DNA of 55,071 nucleotides, from positions 1-55,071 of the IMG/VR virus record IMGVR_UViG_3300005613_003983; one strand, written 5' to 3'. How positions within the stretch are numbered: position 1 is the stretch's first letter; each line of letters begins with the position of its first letter. The DNA is from a virus (Duplodnaviria > Caudoviricetes). This document shows positions 27,532-37,750 of the stretch, in pieces. A program made the position numbers and the translations under genes. The notes beneath the pieces were generated by a model. It searched no databases, had not been told where the DNA came from, and saw only the letters and a program-made list of their open reading frames with translations.

Positions 27532-28542
27532 ATGAAAGAAAAAGAAATGAAAAAGCTTCTTAAAGACCTCGATAAAGGAAAACATAAATGTCTAAAACCC
27601 GATGATAAATTTCAATTCAAATGCACTGCCTGTGGAAAATGTTGTTTTAATCAGAATATAGTTTTATCTATTTATGATGTTATAAGATTAAGAACTTCAT
27701 TACAAATATCTACTAAAGAAATTTTTAAAAAGAATTTTGTTAATCTCCAAATTGGTTATTCTTCGGGATTGCCAATATTAACTATTAATTTTAAACAATT
27801 TTCAGAGAATTTTACTGCTTGTCCTTTTCTTGTTCCTGCCGTCCGTGTTAAAGATGCTTTTAAAAGACTTGTTGGTGAAGCAAAAACTAGAGAGGAAAGA
27901 GAAAAGCTTCTTGATGAATATAAAGAAAATCCTAAGAAGTTACAAAAAGATTTAAAAGGAGCAAAAATTGATAGATGGCTATGTTCTGTTCATAAAAATA
28001 GACCAATGATTTGTAGATTATATCCTTTAGGAAGAATTAAAGTAATGGATAAAAAGGGAAAATTTGTTGAAGAAAAAATGATTCTTCAAGAAAAAGAAGA
28101 TTGGTGTCCTGGTTGGAAACAAAAACATGAATATACTTTAAAATCTTTTTTAGATGAATGTGAATTTTGGCACTATAAAGAAGGAAGTGATAAGAGTCAT
28201 GCTGTCTTAGAAAACCTTATAACAAAGGGGTTTGTGGCACTTACGAAAGATAATAAAAAGGCAAAAATTAAGCCTCTTTTTAAGGAAAATTCTAAAGTTT
28301 TAATGTTTATTGCCAATCTTCTTTATAATTTTGATTCTTTTAATTATTTCTCAAGAGATAAAAAAGTAGTAGAAACTATTTATAATGCAAATTCTACACA
28401 TAAAGATTTTATGTATGTTTTGAACAAGGTTGATAGACTTGTTAATTTCTTTATAAATTCTTTTACGAAAGAATTTGTTAATGAAGATTTAACTGACCAG
28501 ATTTTAAACAATTTTATAAAGGGAGGGGGTGAGATTAATTAA
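27532..28542 (+). CDS. YkgJ-family (CxxCxxCC) cysteine-cluster protein
   Basis: FKCTACGKCC, CPFL, CSVHKNRPMICRLYP, CPG. Confidence 0.8.
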   Translation: MKEKEMKKLLKDLDKGKHKCLKPDDKFQFKCTACGKCCFNQNIVLSIYDVIRLRTSLQISTKEIFKKNFVNLQIGYSSGLPILTINFKQFSENFTACPFLVPAVRVKDAFKRLVGEAKTREEREKLLDEYKENPKKLQKDLKGAKIDRWLCSVHKNRPMICRLYPLGRIKVMDKKGKFVEEKMILQEKEDWCPGWKQKHEYTLKSFLDECEFWHYKEGSDKSHAVLENLITKGFVALTKDNKKAKIKPLFKENSKVLMFIANLLYNFDSFNYFSRDKKVVETIYNANSTHKDFMYVLNKVDRLVNFFINSFTKEFVNEDLTDQILNNFIKGGGEIN

Positions 28543-29288
28543 TGGCTACAAAAAAGATTGACATTGAAAAAGAATTAAATAAACCACTGCCTAAAGAGGT
28601 GATTAAGCAAAGAGAGGGTGGCAGAGGAATGATGCTTGATTATCTTGAGGGTTGGTGGGTTAAACAAAATGCTAACAGGATTTTTGGTATTAATAAATGG
28701 AGTTTTAAACCTGTTTGGGAACAAATGAAACATATTCCTTTACCCAAAACTCTTAAAGGTAAAACGACTGGTCTTTATACTGTTCCTATTATTCTTACTG
28801 TAAATATAGATGGAGTAGAAACAGAAAGAAGTGATATAGGTTCAACTCAATATTATGGTGATGAAGGCAAAGAGATGGCTATAAAAGGCTGTGTTACTGA
28901 TGCTCTAAAAAGATGTTTTTCTTCTTTTGGAGAGCAATTTGGTTTATCGCTTTATGATAAAAAAGGGGGGGGTTCATCAGTTACTAAAGGTCAAACAGGA
29001 AAAAAGACGTATTTATCACAAGAAGAATTAATGAAAAAGTTTGGGATGAATCCTAAACAAGTAGCTCCAAAGTGTCCTGCTTGTGATGTTACTATGAAGT
29101 TAATTGCAAGAAAAGATGGTTCAGGAATATTCTGGAGTTGTCCTAATTGGAGAACAAAGGGTTGTAAGGGAATGAATGTTGAAGATGTAGATTTAGACGG
29201 AAATCCTTTAAACAAAACCGTTGCCAAACAAGAGCCTCTTGAGGAAAAAGAGCAAGAAAAAGTTGATGTCGAGGATATTCCTTTTTAG
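28542..29288 (+). CDS. Rad52/22-family single-strand annealing protein with zinc ribbon and DIPF tail
   Basis: LDYLEG..V...ANRIFG...W, KGCVTDALKRC...FG..FGL.LY; CPAC...FWSC...C; ends EDIPF. Confidence 0.85.
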   Translation: MATKKIDIEKELNKPLPKEVIKQREGGRGMMLDYLEGWWVKQNANRIFGINKWSFKPVWEQMKHIPLPKTLKGKTTGLYTVPIILTVNIDGVETERSDIGSTQYYGDEGKEMAIKGCVTDALKRCFSSFGEQFGLSLYDKKGGGSSVTKGQTGKKTYLSQEELMKKFGMNPKQVAPKCPACDVTMKLIARKDGSGIFWSCPNWRTKGCKGMNVEDVDLDGNPLNKTVAKQEPLEEKEQEKVDVEDIPF

Positions 29289-29351
29289 AATTTAGGAGGG
29301 GGGAATTTAATTGTTCCCCCCGAATTCCATAATCAATTAGGGAAAGTAGTT

Positions 29352-30071
29352 ATGAAAGATAAAAAGCTAGAAAATAAACCAAGCTATTATTCGGTTGTTC
29401 CAGCAGAAGTAAGATATTCTAAAAAAATTAGTTCTACTGCTAAATTACTTTATGCAGAAATATCATCTTTAGCTAATAAAGAAGGATATTGCTGGGCTAA
29501 TAATCAATATTTTTCTAAATTATTTAATAAGACTAAAGCCCATATAAGTTCAATTATATCTGATTTGAAAGAAGAGAAGTTTATATTAGTAGAACTTGAT
29601 AAAAAAGAAGGAAACAAGCGTAAAATTTATCTTAATAAGTATCTTGGGGGGTATAGGGAAAAATCATTAGAGGTATCTGGAAAAATCCATATAGGTATAA
29701 AGAAAAATCCATATGATAATATTAAAAAGAATAATAAAAGTAATATTAATAATATTATTGATAAACAAGAAGATTGTTTATCTAATGGAGAATTACAAAA
29801 ACTTTTAAAAAAGAAATGGGGATTAAAAATACAAAACGAAGCTAGAAGACTTGTTCGTTTCTTAGAAGAGAAATTAAATACTAAAATAGTTAATTGGGGG
29901 AAACAAATGAAAGCGGTGGGTTTAATGGACAAAGCAGGATATACAGAAATACAGATTAAAAAAACAATTATTTATATGGCGGAAAAAGATGATTTTTTTG
30001 CTGATAGGGGATTTGATTTAATGACGGTTGCTAATCAAATTAGTCGTTATAAAGCAAAAGCGGGAAGGTAA
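29352..30071 (+). CDS. Replication initiator with N-terminal winged HTH
   Basis: PSYYSVVPAEVRY...AKLLYAEISSL...GYCWANNQYF. Confidence 0.8.
   Translation: MKDKKLENKPSYYSVVPAEVRYSKKISSTAKLLYAEISSLANKEGYCWANNQYFSKLFNKTKAHISSIISDLKEEKFILVELDKKEGNKRKIYLNKYLGGYREKSLEVSGKIHIGIKKNPYDNIKKNNKSNINNIIDKQEDCLSNGELQKLLKKKWGLKIQNEARRLVRFLEEKLNTKIVNWGKQMKAVGLMDKAGYTEIQIKKTIIYMAEKDDFFADRGFDLMTVANQISRYKAKAGR
29650..29715. repeat. Three tandem 22-bp iterons, probable replication origin
   Basis: GGTATAGGGAAAAATCATTAGA / GGTATCTGGAAAAATCCATATA / GGTATAAAGAAAAATCCATATG, followed by an AT-rich tract. Confidence 0.75.
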
Positions 30072-30073
30072 AT

Positions 30074-30704
30074 ATGAAAAAGGTTTTAATCAATGTTATT
30101 AGGGGGTTTATTAAAATACCACTTATTCTTCTTTTTTATCTTTTTATGATTCCTTTAATAATACTTTCGGAAATGGAAGATTGTGGTAGTGGTAAGGGTT
30201 GGAGCAATAATGGATTTTTCTGGAATTTAATAAAAAAATTAGAAATAAAAAAATTAGAAAGGAGAGTTATAAATGCAATATAAAGTTACTGATAGACAAT
30301 TGAAAAAAGAGAAAGAAAGATTAACAAATCAAAAGGTTCAAATGGGACAAACAAAAGCAATGAGGGATTATTTTAGTTTTAACTCTTTGCCTTATAAGAC
30401 ACAAGAGGAAATTAGGAAAAAATGGGATGATTATTATTTAAAAGTTAAAGAATCAGATGGTTGTAAAGAGTATAGAAAAATACTAGAAGTCTTTAAAAAA
30501 GGAGATATGGAAAAAGTAAGAAAATTAAGTCAAAAAGCAAGAAAAAGATTAGAAGAGGGAAGTTTTATGCCTACTCCTAAAGAAAGAGACCCTTGGGAAT
30601 ATAATCATGGAATTTATGCGAGATATAGACAAATTTGTAGTAGAATTAAAAATATAAGTTTTAAATTAACTGGGAGCAAAGATACATCAGAGATTTTTGC
30701 ATAA
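30074..30704 (+). other. Two hypothetical genes (30074 membrane, 30273)
   Basis: ORF track; overlapping start/stop codons. Confidence 0.55.
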
Positions 30705-30726
30705 GTTTTTAAAAGGAGAATAAAAA

Positions 30727-31107
30727 ATGTATGGCAAAGTTGAATATGATGGATTGCAAGACGCTTTTCTTTGTGAGTTTCCTGTAAGGGGAAAAGATGG
30801 AAAGTTAAGAACTTGTGGTAAATGGTGTAAAGACTTAATTAGACACATTACTAGACATCATGGAGTTACTGGAAAACAATATAAAAAACTATTAGGATTA
30901 AATCTTAACGAGCCTTTAATGAGTGAAGACACAAGAAATAAGTTGAGAAAGGCTAATAGAAAATATAAAACCTATGAAAATTTAAAAATAGGTGAAAAAT
31001 ATAGATTTAAAAAGGGAGAAAATAAAACACAAAGTTATCAAAGAAGTGAACAAACTAAGAGGAGGTTAAGAAATTTAAAAAATGTTGTAAAAGGAGGTGT
31101 AAAATAG
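30727..31107 (+). CDS. Ros/MucR-like zinc-finger protein
   Basis: C...CGKW.K.L.RHI...HG.T..QYK...GL. Confidence 0.6.
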   Translation: MYGKVEYDGLQDAFLCEFPVRGKDGKLRTCGKWCKDLIRHITRHHGVTGKQYKKLLGLNLNEPLMSEDTRNKLRKANRKYKTYENLKIGEKYRFKKGENKTQSYQRSEQTKRRLRNLKNVVKGGVK

Positions 31108-31113
31108 TATAAT

Positions 31114-31389
31114 ATGATAAAGAAAGAAGAAGATATGAATAAAAAGGAAAATTTTGAAACTTCTCAAATTCATGTTGTTGTTTGGCTTCAAATGAATGGT
31201 TTTCCTATAAAAGAAATAATTTGGTCTAGTGATGATAGAGCTGTTTTTGTTTTTAAAAATTTCAAAGGTAGAGAAAAATTAATTCAAGATTTTTTTAAGG
31301 AAGAAAAATTACAAAAATATATTTCTGTTTCACAAGAAACAAGAGCTAGGATGTATGCTTGTAAACCATCTAATAGACGTAGAATATGA
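31114..31389 (+). CDS. DUF5659-like protein
   Basis: FETS......WL...GF.I......RAVFVF pattern. Confidence 0.45.
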   Translation: MIKKEEDMNKKENFETSQIHVVVWLQMNGFPIKEIIWSSDDRAVFVFKNFKGREKLIQDFFKEEKLQKYISVSQETRARMYACKPSNRRRI

Positions 31390-33416
31390 GAGACAGCTTA
31401 GGAAAAGCAATTTTGAAAATAAATAAAAAGTTTGGAGAGAATACAATCGGAAGATTAGACAAAATGCCATCTATTCAAGCTGAACGAATTTCTTCTGGTT
31501 CTCCTTATCTCGATTGGTGTACTGGTGGTGGTTTTCCTTTAGGTAAAACTATTGAACTTTATGGTCCTTATTCCTCTGGTAAATCTTTAATTGCTCTTAA
31601 AACAATTGCCGAAGCTCAAAAGAAGGGTTTAAAATGTGTTTATCTTGATTCTGAAAATGCTTTTGATCCTAACTTTGCTAGTAAAATAGGAGTTAATATT
31701 AATGAGTTAATAATTTCACAGGTTTCGGCAGGAGAAGAAGTTTTTGATATTGTTGATATGCTTCTTGATTCTAGTGTTTCTATTATTGTTATTGATAGTG
31801 TTGCCTCTCTTGTTCCTAAATATGAAATGGAAGAATCTGTAGAAAAACAAACAATGGCTTTACAAGCTAGATTAATGAGTAAAGCACTTAGAAAGATAAC
31901 GGGAAAGGCATCTAAAAATAATACTTTAATATTTTTTATTAATCAAATAAGAGAAAAGATAGGTTGCTTTCAATACAATACAAGAGTTGTTTTAGAAAGT
32001 GGGGAAACAGAAAAAATAGGATATTTGGTTAATAATAAAACTAAATGTAATGTGCTTTCTTATAATACTGAAAAAAACATTATCGAACCTACATCAATTA
32101 CTAATTGGTTCATAAACGGTAATGCTTATTATTTTCTCCACTTTAGATTTAAAAAACCACAAGGTAGAGGTAGGGGTGAGTTTGGTTGTACTCCCGACCA
32201 TAAGATAATGATTAAACCAGGTATCTATAAAAAAGCAAAAGATATAAAGGTTGGCGATAAAATATTAACTATAATAAATGATTGGATACCAAGTAATCTT
32301 CAAAAAGAAATCATAATTGGTGGATTATTGGGTGATGGTTGCTTAAGAAATGTTGGTGATGCTAAATATCAATATAGAGAAACTCATTGTAAAGAACAAG
32401 ATGATTATATTCGTTGGAAATCTGGTTATTTTGATACTAAAACAATGGGAAGACATAAATATGGTGGATTATATTTTGAGACTTTTTTAAGCACGACATT
32501 TGAAGAACAATATATTAAATTCTATTCAGGTGGTAAAAAAATTAAAATACCAAAAGATATTAAATTAACTCCTTTAATTTTAGCTATTTGGTATCAAGAT
32601 GATGGATATTTGGCAAACAAAGATAAAAAAGCTATTGTTTTAGCTACTAATTGTTTTAGAAAACAATCAATAGAAAATTTACGAGAAGCATTAAGAAAAC
32701 AGTTCAATATAGAAACGGGCATTAAAAGTAGAAAACATGGTTCAGAAATAGAATTGACTTTGGGGAACAAAGATACTTTAAAATTCTTTGAAATATGCGG
32801 GAATTTTATTCATCCTTCAATGTATTATAAATTACCAAATTATGGGAAAGAAAAAAATCTAACTTTATTTATTCCTTCGTTACCAGAAAAAGAATTTGAA
32901 GTTAAAAAACAAATTCTTAAATATAGTTATGTTACTCATAAATATAGTAAGCCAAAAACAAGAAGCATGGTTAAGTTCGACATAGAAACAAAAAATCATA
33001 ATTATTTAGCTGATGGAGCTATTGTTCATAATTCATATGGAAATCCTGAAATAACAAGTGGTGGTAGGGCTTTAGGATTTTATGCTTCTTTAAGGATTGT
33101 TGTCCGTAAAGGTGAATTACTTAAAGAGGATAAAATAGTAACAGGACAAGTAGTTAAATTTAAAGTAACCAAATCAAAAATATGTCAACCTTTTAGAGAT
33201 GGTTATTTTATTTTTTATCATCCAAATCCTGCTCATCCTGATTTAGAATTGTTTGATACGTCTGATGAATTAGTATCAATGTTGCTTATCCAAGAAAAGA
33301 TTAAGAGGAGAGGAGCTTATTATGATGTGTTAGAACAAACATTTCAAGGCAGAGAAGAATTAGAAAGAGAAATTAGAAGTAATAAAAAGTTTAGAAAGAA
33401 ATTAGAGAAATTATGA
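31386..33416 (+). CDS. recA: RecA recombinase containing an intein
   Basis: GPYSSGKS Walker A, IVIDSVA, QARLMSKALRK, INQIREKIG, GGRALGFYAS. Confidence 0.95.
   Translation: MRDSLGKAILKINKKFGENTIGRLDKMPSIQAERISSGSPYLDWCTGGGFPLGKTIELYGPYSSGKSLIALKTIAEAQKKGLKCVYLDSENAFDPNFASKIGVNINELIISQVSAGEEVFDIVDMLLDSSVSIIVIDSVASLVPKYEMEESVEKQTMALQARLMSKALRKITGKASKNNTLIFFINQIREKIGCFQYNTRVVLESGETEKIGYLVNNKTKCNVLSYNTEKNIIEPTSITNWFINGNAYYFLHFRFKKPQGRGRGEFGCTPDHKIMIKPGIYKKAKDIKVGDKILTIINDWIPSNLQKEIIIGGLLGDGCLRNVGDAKYQYRETHCKEQDDYIRWKSGYFDTKTMGRHKYGGLYFETFLSTTFEEQYIKFYSGGKKIKIPKDIKLTPLILAIWYQDDGYLANKDKKAIVLATNCFRKQSIENLREALRKQFNIETGIKSRKHGSEIELTLGNKDTLKFFEICGNFIHPSMYYKLPNYGKEKNLTLFIPSLPEKEFEVKKQILKYSYVTHKYSKPKTRSMVKFDIETKNHNYLADGAIVHNSYGNPEITSGGRALGFYASLRIVVRKGELLKEDKIVTGQVVKFKVTKSKICQPFRDGYFIFYHPNPAHPDLELFDTSDELVSMLLIQEKIKRRGAYYDVLEQTFQGREELEREIRSNKKFRKKLEKL
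31965..33032 (+). mobile_element. Intein (356 aa) with LAGLIDADG endonuclease in RecA
   Basis: G|CFQYNT...TPDH...GGLLGDG...WYQDDG...IVHN|S. Confidence 0.92.
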
Positions 33417-33509
33417 AAATTCATAAAGTAGATTATAAAAAAATACCAAATAATTTTATTTATAAATCTTTTAATATATAAAATAAAGAGTTTTAGGAAA
33501 GGAGTAAAT

Positions 33510-33917
33510 ATGGCAACACGAAGTCTAAATAAAGTAATGTTGATTGGTAATTTAACAAAAGACCCAGAATTAAAATATACATCGCAAGGAACAGCGGTTG
33601 TTAATATGACAATTGCTACTAATAGGTCATGGAAAAATGCTAAAGGAGAAGCTCAAGATGAGGCGACTTTTCATAGAATTGTTGCTTGGCAAAAGTTAGC
33701 AGAAATTTGTAGTAAGCTTTTATTTAAAGGAAGGAAAGTTTATATTGAGGGCAGGCTTGTTACTAGAAGTTGGGACGATGAGCATGGAAATAAAAAATAT
33801 GTAACAGAAATAGTAGCAAATGAACTGCTTTTATTAGATAGTAAAAGGAAAGAAGGAGTTAAACTAACAGAACAGGTTGCTGACACTCCACCAGAACCAG
33901 AAAAGGAGGTGATATAA
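33510..33917 (+). CDS. ssb: Single-stranded DNA-binding protein
   Basis: SLNKVMLIGNLTKDPELKYT...FHRIVAW...KGRKVYIEGRL. Confidence 0.95.
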   Translation: MATRSLNKVMLIGNLTKDPELKYTSQGTAVVNMTIATNRSWKNAKGEAQDEATFHRIVAWQKLAEICSKLLFKGRKVYIEGRLVTRSWDDEHGNKKYVTEIVANELLLLDSKRKEGVKLTEQVADTPPEPEKEVI

Positions 33918-34006
33918 ATGCCACTATTAATGTTAGTACCAGAATTAAAATTCGTTTTATTTTTAGTCGGAATTATTAGTTTGATTTATGTTTTTAGGAG
34001 GAAAAT

Positions 34007-34765
34007 ATGGAAGACATCACAATGATAATTATCTGGATTACTTTTGCAATTCTTTGTTATGCAGTAGCAGAAAAAAAGGGAAGAAATAAGTTAATTGCTT
34101 TTGGCTTGGGAATATTTTTTGGAATATTTGCTTTGATTTATTATGTAGTCGCCAAAGGCTCAGATGAATATGAGCTTAAAGAAGCAGAAAAGAAAATAGC
34201 AAAACTTAAAAAATAAAGTGGGTAAAATAGTATGGGAATAAAAAGAGATAGAGTTCTTTTATTAGGATTTTTTATAATATTACTATTAGCAATATTTGGT
34301 TTTTATAATTATATTTTCTTACCCATGAATGTAAAAGCACAAAATTCTAATCGTAGTGATATTTTTCGTTATGAAACGGGTGGTTATTCTGGAAAGGTTT
34401 GGAGGTTTATGGATACAGAATTAGGCATTGGTTGTTATTGGATAACGGGAATAGGAAATTTTTCTTGTGTAAAATATGTAAGATAAGGAGGTGAAATAAA
34501 TATGAAATTAGCAGATGGAGGAGGAGGAGCTAAACATCCTTTTTTACCAAATCCTACAGCGACAGCAATTCCAATTTTAAGACCAACTATTACGAGTATT
34601 GTTTATCCCAAACCAACAACAACTCCAATAAATGGAAAAAGTAATTTATTTCCTTTTATTTTAATTTTAATAGCATTAATTCTAATTATTGGTTGGTTTT
34701 TAGGCAAGTTTTTACATCATAGTAGATTGACAGGATTTTTTAAGAAAAGGGGTAAGTTATTGTGA
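34007..34765 (+). other. Three small membrane-protein genes (34007, 34232, 34502)
   Basis: Each has hydrophobic TM segments; 34502 has a Pro/Thr-rich stalk. Confidence 0.6.
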
Positions 34766-35070
34766 AAAAGTGGAGAAAAAAAGAAATTAAGGATGCGGTA
34801 GATTTTAAAGGAAAACTAACTCCTAGAAGTGGTGGGTATTTTTCTTTTCCTGGTGATGTTACAACGGATACATTTTTAATAGATAGTAAGGTTACAGAAA
34901 AAAGAAGTTTTAGCATTACAGAAAACATGTGGAAAAAAGTTTTTACCGAAGCATTAAAATCAAGAAGGTTACCATGTTTGTCTATTTCCCTAATTAATTA
35001 TGGAATTGATTTAGTAGTTTTAGATAAAAATGATTTTGTAAGTTTTTTAAAAAAGGGTGATAAAATATAA
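34762..35070 (+). CDS. PD-(D/E)XK nuclease, Holliday-junction-resolvase-like
   Basis: TPRSG....GDV.....IDSK.T...SF.I....WKK...EA. Confidence 0.65.
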   Translation: MKKWRKKEIKDAVDFKGKLTPRSGGYFSFPGDVTTDTFLIDSKVTEKRSFSITENMWKKVFTEALKSRRLPCLSISLINYGIDLVVLDKNDFVSFLKKGDKI

Positions 35071-35175
35071 AAACTAAGTTTAATCTTGAAACAATGATAG
35101 ATAAAGCTAAATGCAAGTTTTGTCGTTGTAAAAAGATTTATAAAGATGGTAAATGTGTGAGTTGTGGGAAGAAAA

Positions 35176-36111
35176 ATGAATAAAGTTCCAAGCTATCCAA
35201 AAATATTAGCTGTTGGCGCTGAACCAATACAGCAATTATTTGATGATGAGGTTGAAGTTACAGAGAAAATAGATGGTTCTATGTTTGCTTTTGGTGTTAC
35301 TGAAACAGATGGACATAAAGAATTAACAATAAGAAGTAAGGGGGTTCAGATATTCGTTGATAATATCCCCAAAATGTTTAAAAAGGCAGTTGATTATATT
35401 CTTACAATAGAAGATAAAATTTTAGAATTACCTCCAGAAACATATTTTTATACAGAATACCTTGCTAAACCAAAACATAATGTTTTAGCTTATGATCGAG
35501 TTCCTAAGAATAATTTAATCCTTTTTGGTGTCTGTGTAGAGAATGGGTGGGTTAAAGACTGGAAAAAGCTAAAAGGATTGGCAGATAAGCTGGAAATAGA
35601 AGTTGTTCCTTTGTTGGTTCAAAAGAAAATCAAGACAATAGAAGACTTAAAAGAGATTTTGGAAATGAAAAGCGTGTTGGGAAATGAAATAGTTGAAGGA
35701 ATAGTTGTTAAAAATTATAAACAATTATGGATGCTTGGTAATAGAGTTTATCCTCAATTTGGTAAGTATGTTAGAGAGGTTTTTAAAGAAAGGCATTTGA
35801 ATGAATGGAGCAAAGGTCATAAACCAAAAGATATTTTAAGAGAATATATTGAAGGATTTAGAACAGAAGCAAGATGGTTAAAAGGAATACAGCATTTAAA
35901 GGAAAAAGGTGAATTAGAATTTCAACCAAGAGATATTGGTAAATTAATGAAAGAAATACATTTAGACATAGTTGCTGAAGAAAAAGAAAATATTAAAAAA
36001 GAACTTTATAAAATGTTTATTAAACGGATTAAAAGAAAAGCTACTGCAGGTTTTGCTGAATTTTATAAAACTTGGTTAGCAGAAAGAGTTTTAGAGAAAG
36101 GAGGTAAATGA
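35176..36111 (+). CDS. ATP-dependent RNA ligase (Rnl2-like)
   Basis: Motif I TEKIDGS, RSK, YTEY, ILFGV, EGIVVK. Confidence 0.8.
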   Translation: MNKVPSYPKILAVGAEPIQQLFDDEVEVTEKIDGSMFAFGVTETDGHKELTIRSKGVQIFVDNIPKMFKKAVDYILTIEDKILELPPETYFYTEYLAKPKHNVLAYDRVPKNNLILFGVCVENGWVKDWKKLKGLADKLEIEVVPLLVQKKIKTIEDLKEILEMKSVLGNEIVEGIVVKNYKQLWMLGNRVYPQFGKYVREVFKERHLNEWSKGHKPKDILREYIEGFRTEARWLKGIQHLKEKGELEFQPRDIGKLMKEIHLDIVAEEKENIKKELYKMFIKRIKRKATAGFAEFYKTWLAERVLEKGGK

Positions 36112-36344
36112 TGAAAAATAGACTTAGATATCTTGATATATCTACACAAGTAATTGCCGATATTCTTAAATTAGCTTCTAAAGATGCATTGCCTAAAGAT
36201 GCTCAAATTATAAGAACTCGTTATAACGAACTTACTAATTGTTGGAGACTTGTAATTCACAGCAAAGAATTTGATATTGTACCAGAAGGTGGAGCGATTG
36301 AAAAGCATGGAGAACCAATAATTTCCTCTAATGTGTTAAAATAG
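36108..36344 (+). CDS. Hypothetical protein
   Basis: ORF with AAAGGAGG RBS. Confidence 0.6.
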   Translation: MMKNRLRYLDISTQVIADILKLASKDALPKDAQIIRTRYNELTNCWRLVIHSKEFDIVPEGGAIEKHGEPIISSNVLK

Positions 36345-36848
36345 GGGTTGAGGATTTTTCCTCAATTATGTTAGAATTAATATTGGCAGCAGGAATTGCT
36401 ATCTTGCTTTATGCTACTTATGTTTTTTTAGGAAAAGGAGAAAAAAGCATAGAAGAACGCCATAAAAGATTCTTTTGTAGAAACGGAAAACCGTTAAAGT
36501 AAAAAGGGTTAAATTATTAACTGTTGGTCAAAAAACTCATTATTTTATTCTTACAGATGCAGAATTTAAACCAAAGAAATTAAAAAAGGTTCAATTTCTT
36601 GATAAGAATGAAAAGTTTAAAAAGGTCATTAAAAAGCCAACAAGTAAATAAATTAATAGATTTACTAAAAAGTTCATATAAGCTAAATAAAAGCTATAGA
36701 ATGAATATTTTTTGGTATTATAAAAATAGACTTGAGAGATTTTATAAGGAAAAGACAATAATAGGATTAAAAAGTAGAGTAATTAATAAAGTAGGATTTA
36801 ATTTTTAGAGAAGATGGGTTCGATTTTCGCCCGATATCCAAGCAAAAT

Positions 36849-36921
36849 CAGAGATTAGCTTAGCTGGTAGAGCATATCGTTTGGGACGATAAGGTCATAG
36901 GTTCGATCCCTATATCTTTGA
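36849..36921 (+). tRNA. tRNA-Pro(TGG), free-standing, CCA not encoded
   Basis: CAGAGAT/ATCTTTG, D stem GCTT/GAGC, TATCG-TTTGGGA-CGATA, ATAGG-TTCGATC-CCTAT, discriminator A. Confidence 0.9.
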
Positions 36922-36939
36922 TTAGTTAAAGGAAAAGTT

Positions 36940-37269
36940 ATGAGTAAAGCATGGAAAGATTTAGAAAAAACTACAGCTAAAATCCTCGGAGGTAAGCGAG
37001 TTATTCGCACATCTTATGGTGAAAAAAATGTAGATGTAAAAATTAAGGATTTTCCTCGTTTTAAAATTGATACCAAGCGTTATAAAAAATTCCGTGTTTT
37101 TTCCTTATATGAAGAAGTGAGAAAGAGATATTGTAAAAAACCTCATGATGAACCAATTCTTATTTTAAGACAACATAATAAAAAAACTAAATTAGCAGTT
37201 ATAGACTTATTATTACTTGGTGAGTTTTTAGATTTTATTAGACGGAAAGAAGGACAAGATGCATTTTGA
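36940..37269 (+). CDS. PD-(D/E)XK nuclease-like protein
   Basis: WKDLEK..AK.LGG.R...DV......IDTKR. Confidence 0.6.
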   Translation: MSKAWKDLEKTTAKILGGKRVIRTSYGEKNVDVKIKDFPRFKIDTKRYKKFRVFSLYEEVRKRYCKKPHDEPILILRQHNKKTKLAVIDLLLLGEFLDFIRRKEGQDAF

Positions 37270-37750
37270 AAAAGGTATTCTTACTCAATTTAAACAAGAT
37301 AAAAGAACAGAGACTTCAAAATACTTACTTGAGGTAGAAACTGGATTTGAAGCGGCTCATAGATTAAATGATTACCACGGTAATTGTAAAAGAATTCATG
37401 GACATTCTTATAAAGTTATAGTGGCTATACAATCAAAAGAATTAAATCATTGGGGAGCAGTAATAGATTTTAAAGATTTAAAAGAATTGATAAAAAAACA
37501 TATTGCAGGAAAATACGACCATAAATTAATTTTAAGAAATAAAGATAAATTAAACGACAAAATAGGTAAGGCGCTTCCTAAATCTTGGATTGTATGGATG
37601 AATAATAATCCTACTGCGGAAAATTTAGCCAAAGACATTTATAAAAACCTTTTACCAGTATTCAAAATTATTACAAAGGGAATTGAACTTGTTAGTGTTA
37701 ATGTTTTAGAAACATCGACAAGTTCAGCTACTTATTATGCTAAAAGTTAA
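37259..37750 (+). CDS. queD: 6-carboxytetrahydropterin synthase
   Basis: FEAAHRL...C.RIHGHSY, DFKDLK, DH, NPTAENLA, ET. Confidence 0.92.
   Translation: MHFEKGILTQFKQDKRTETSKYLLEVETGFEAAHRLNDYHGNCKRIHGHSYKVIVAIQSKELNHWGAVIDFKDLKELIKKHIAGKYDHKLILRNKDKLNDKIGKALPKSWIVWMNNNPTAENLAKDIYKNLLPVFKIITKGIELVSVNVLETSTSSATYYAKS

Noticed and set aside
29298-29321. GGGGGGAA/TTCCCCCC hairpin as a terminator
   Set aside because: The stem is real but there is no U-tract; function unsupported.
36345-36808. Coding potential between 36345 and the tRNA, including ORF 36599
   Set aside because: Fragmentary Lys-rich frames without clear RBS or motifs; cannot be supported.
36793-36840. GGGTTCGATT...CCA upstream of tRNA-Pro as another tRNA
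   Set aside because: T-loop-like only; no D or anticodon arm can be folded. At most a remnant.
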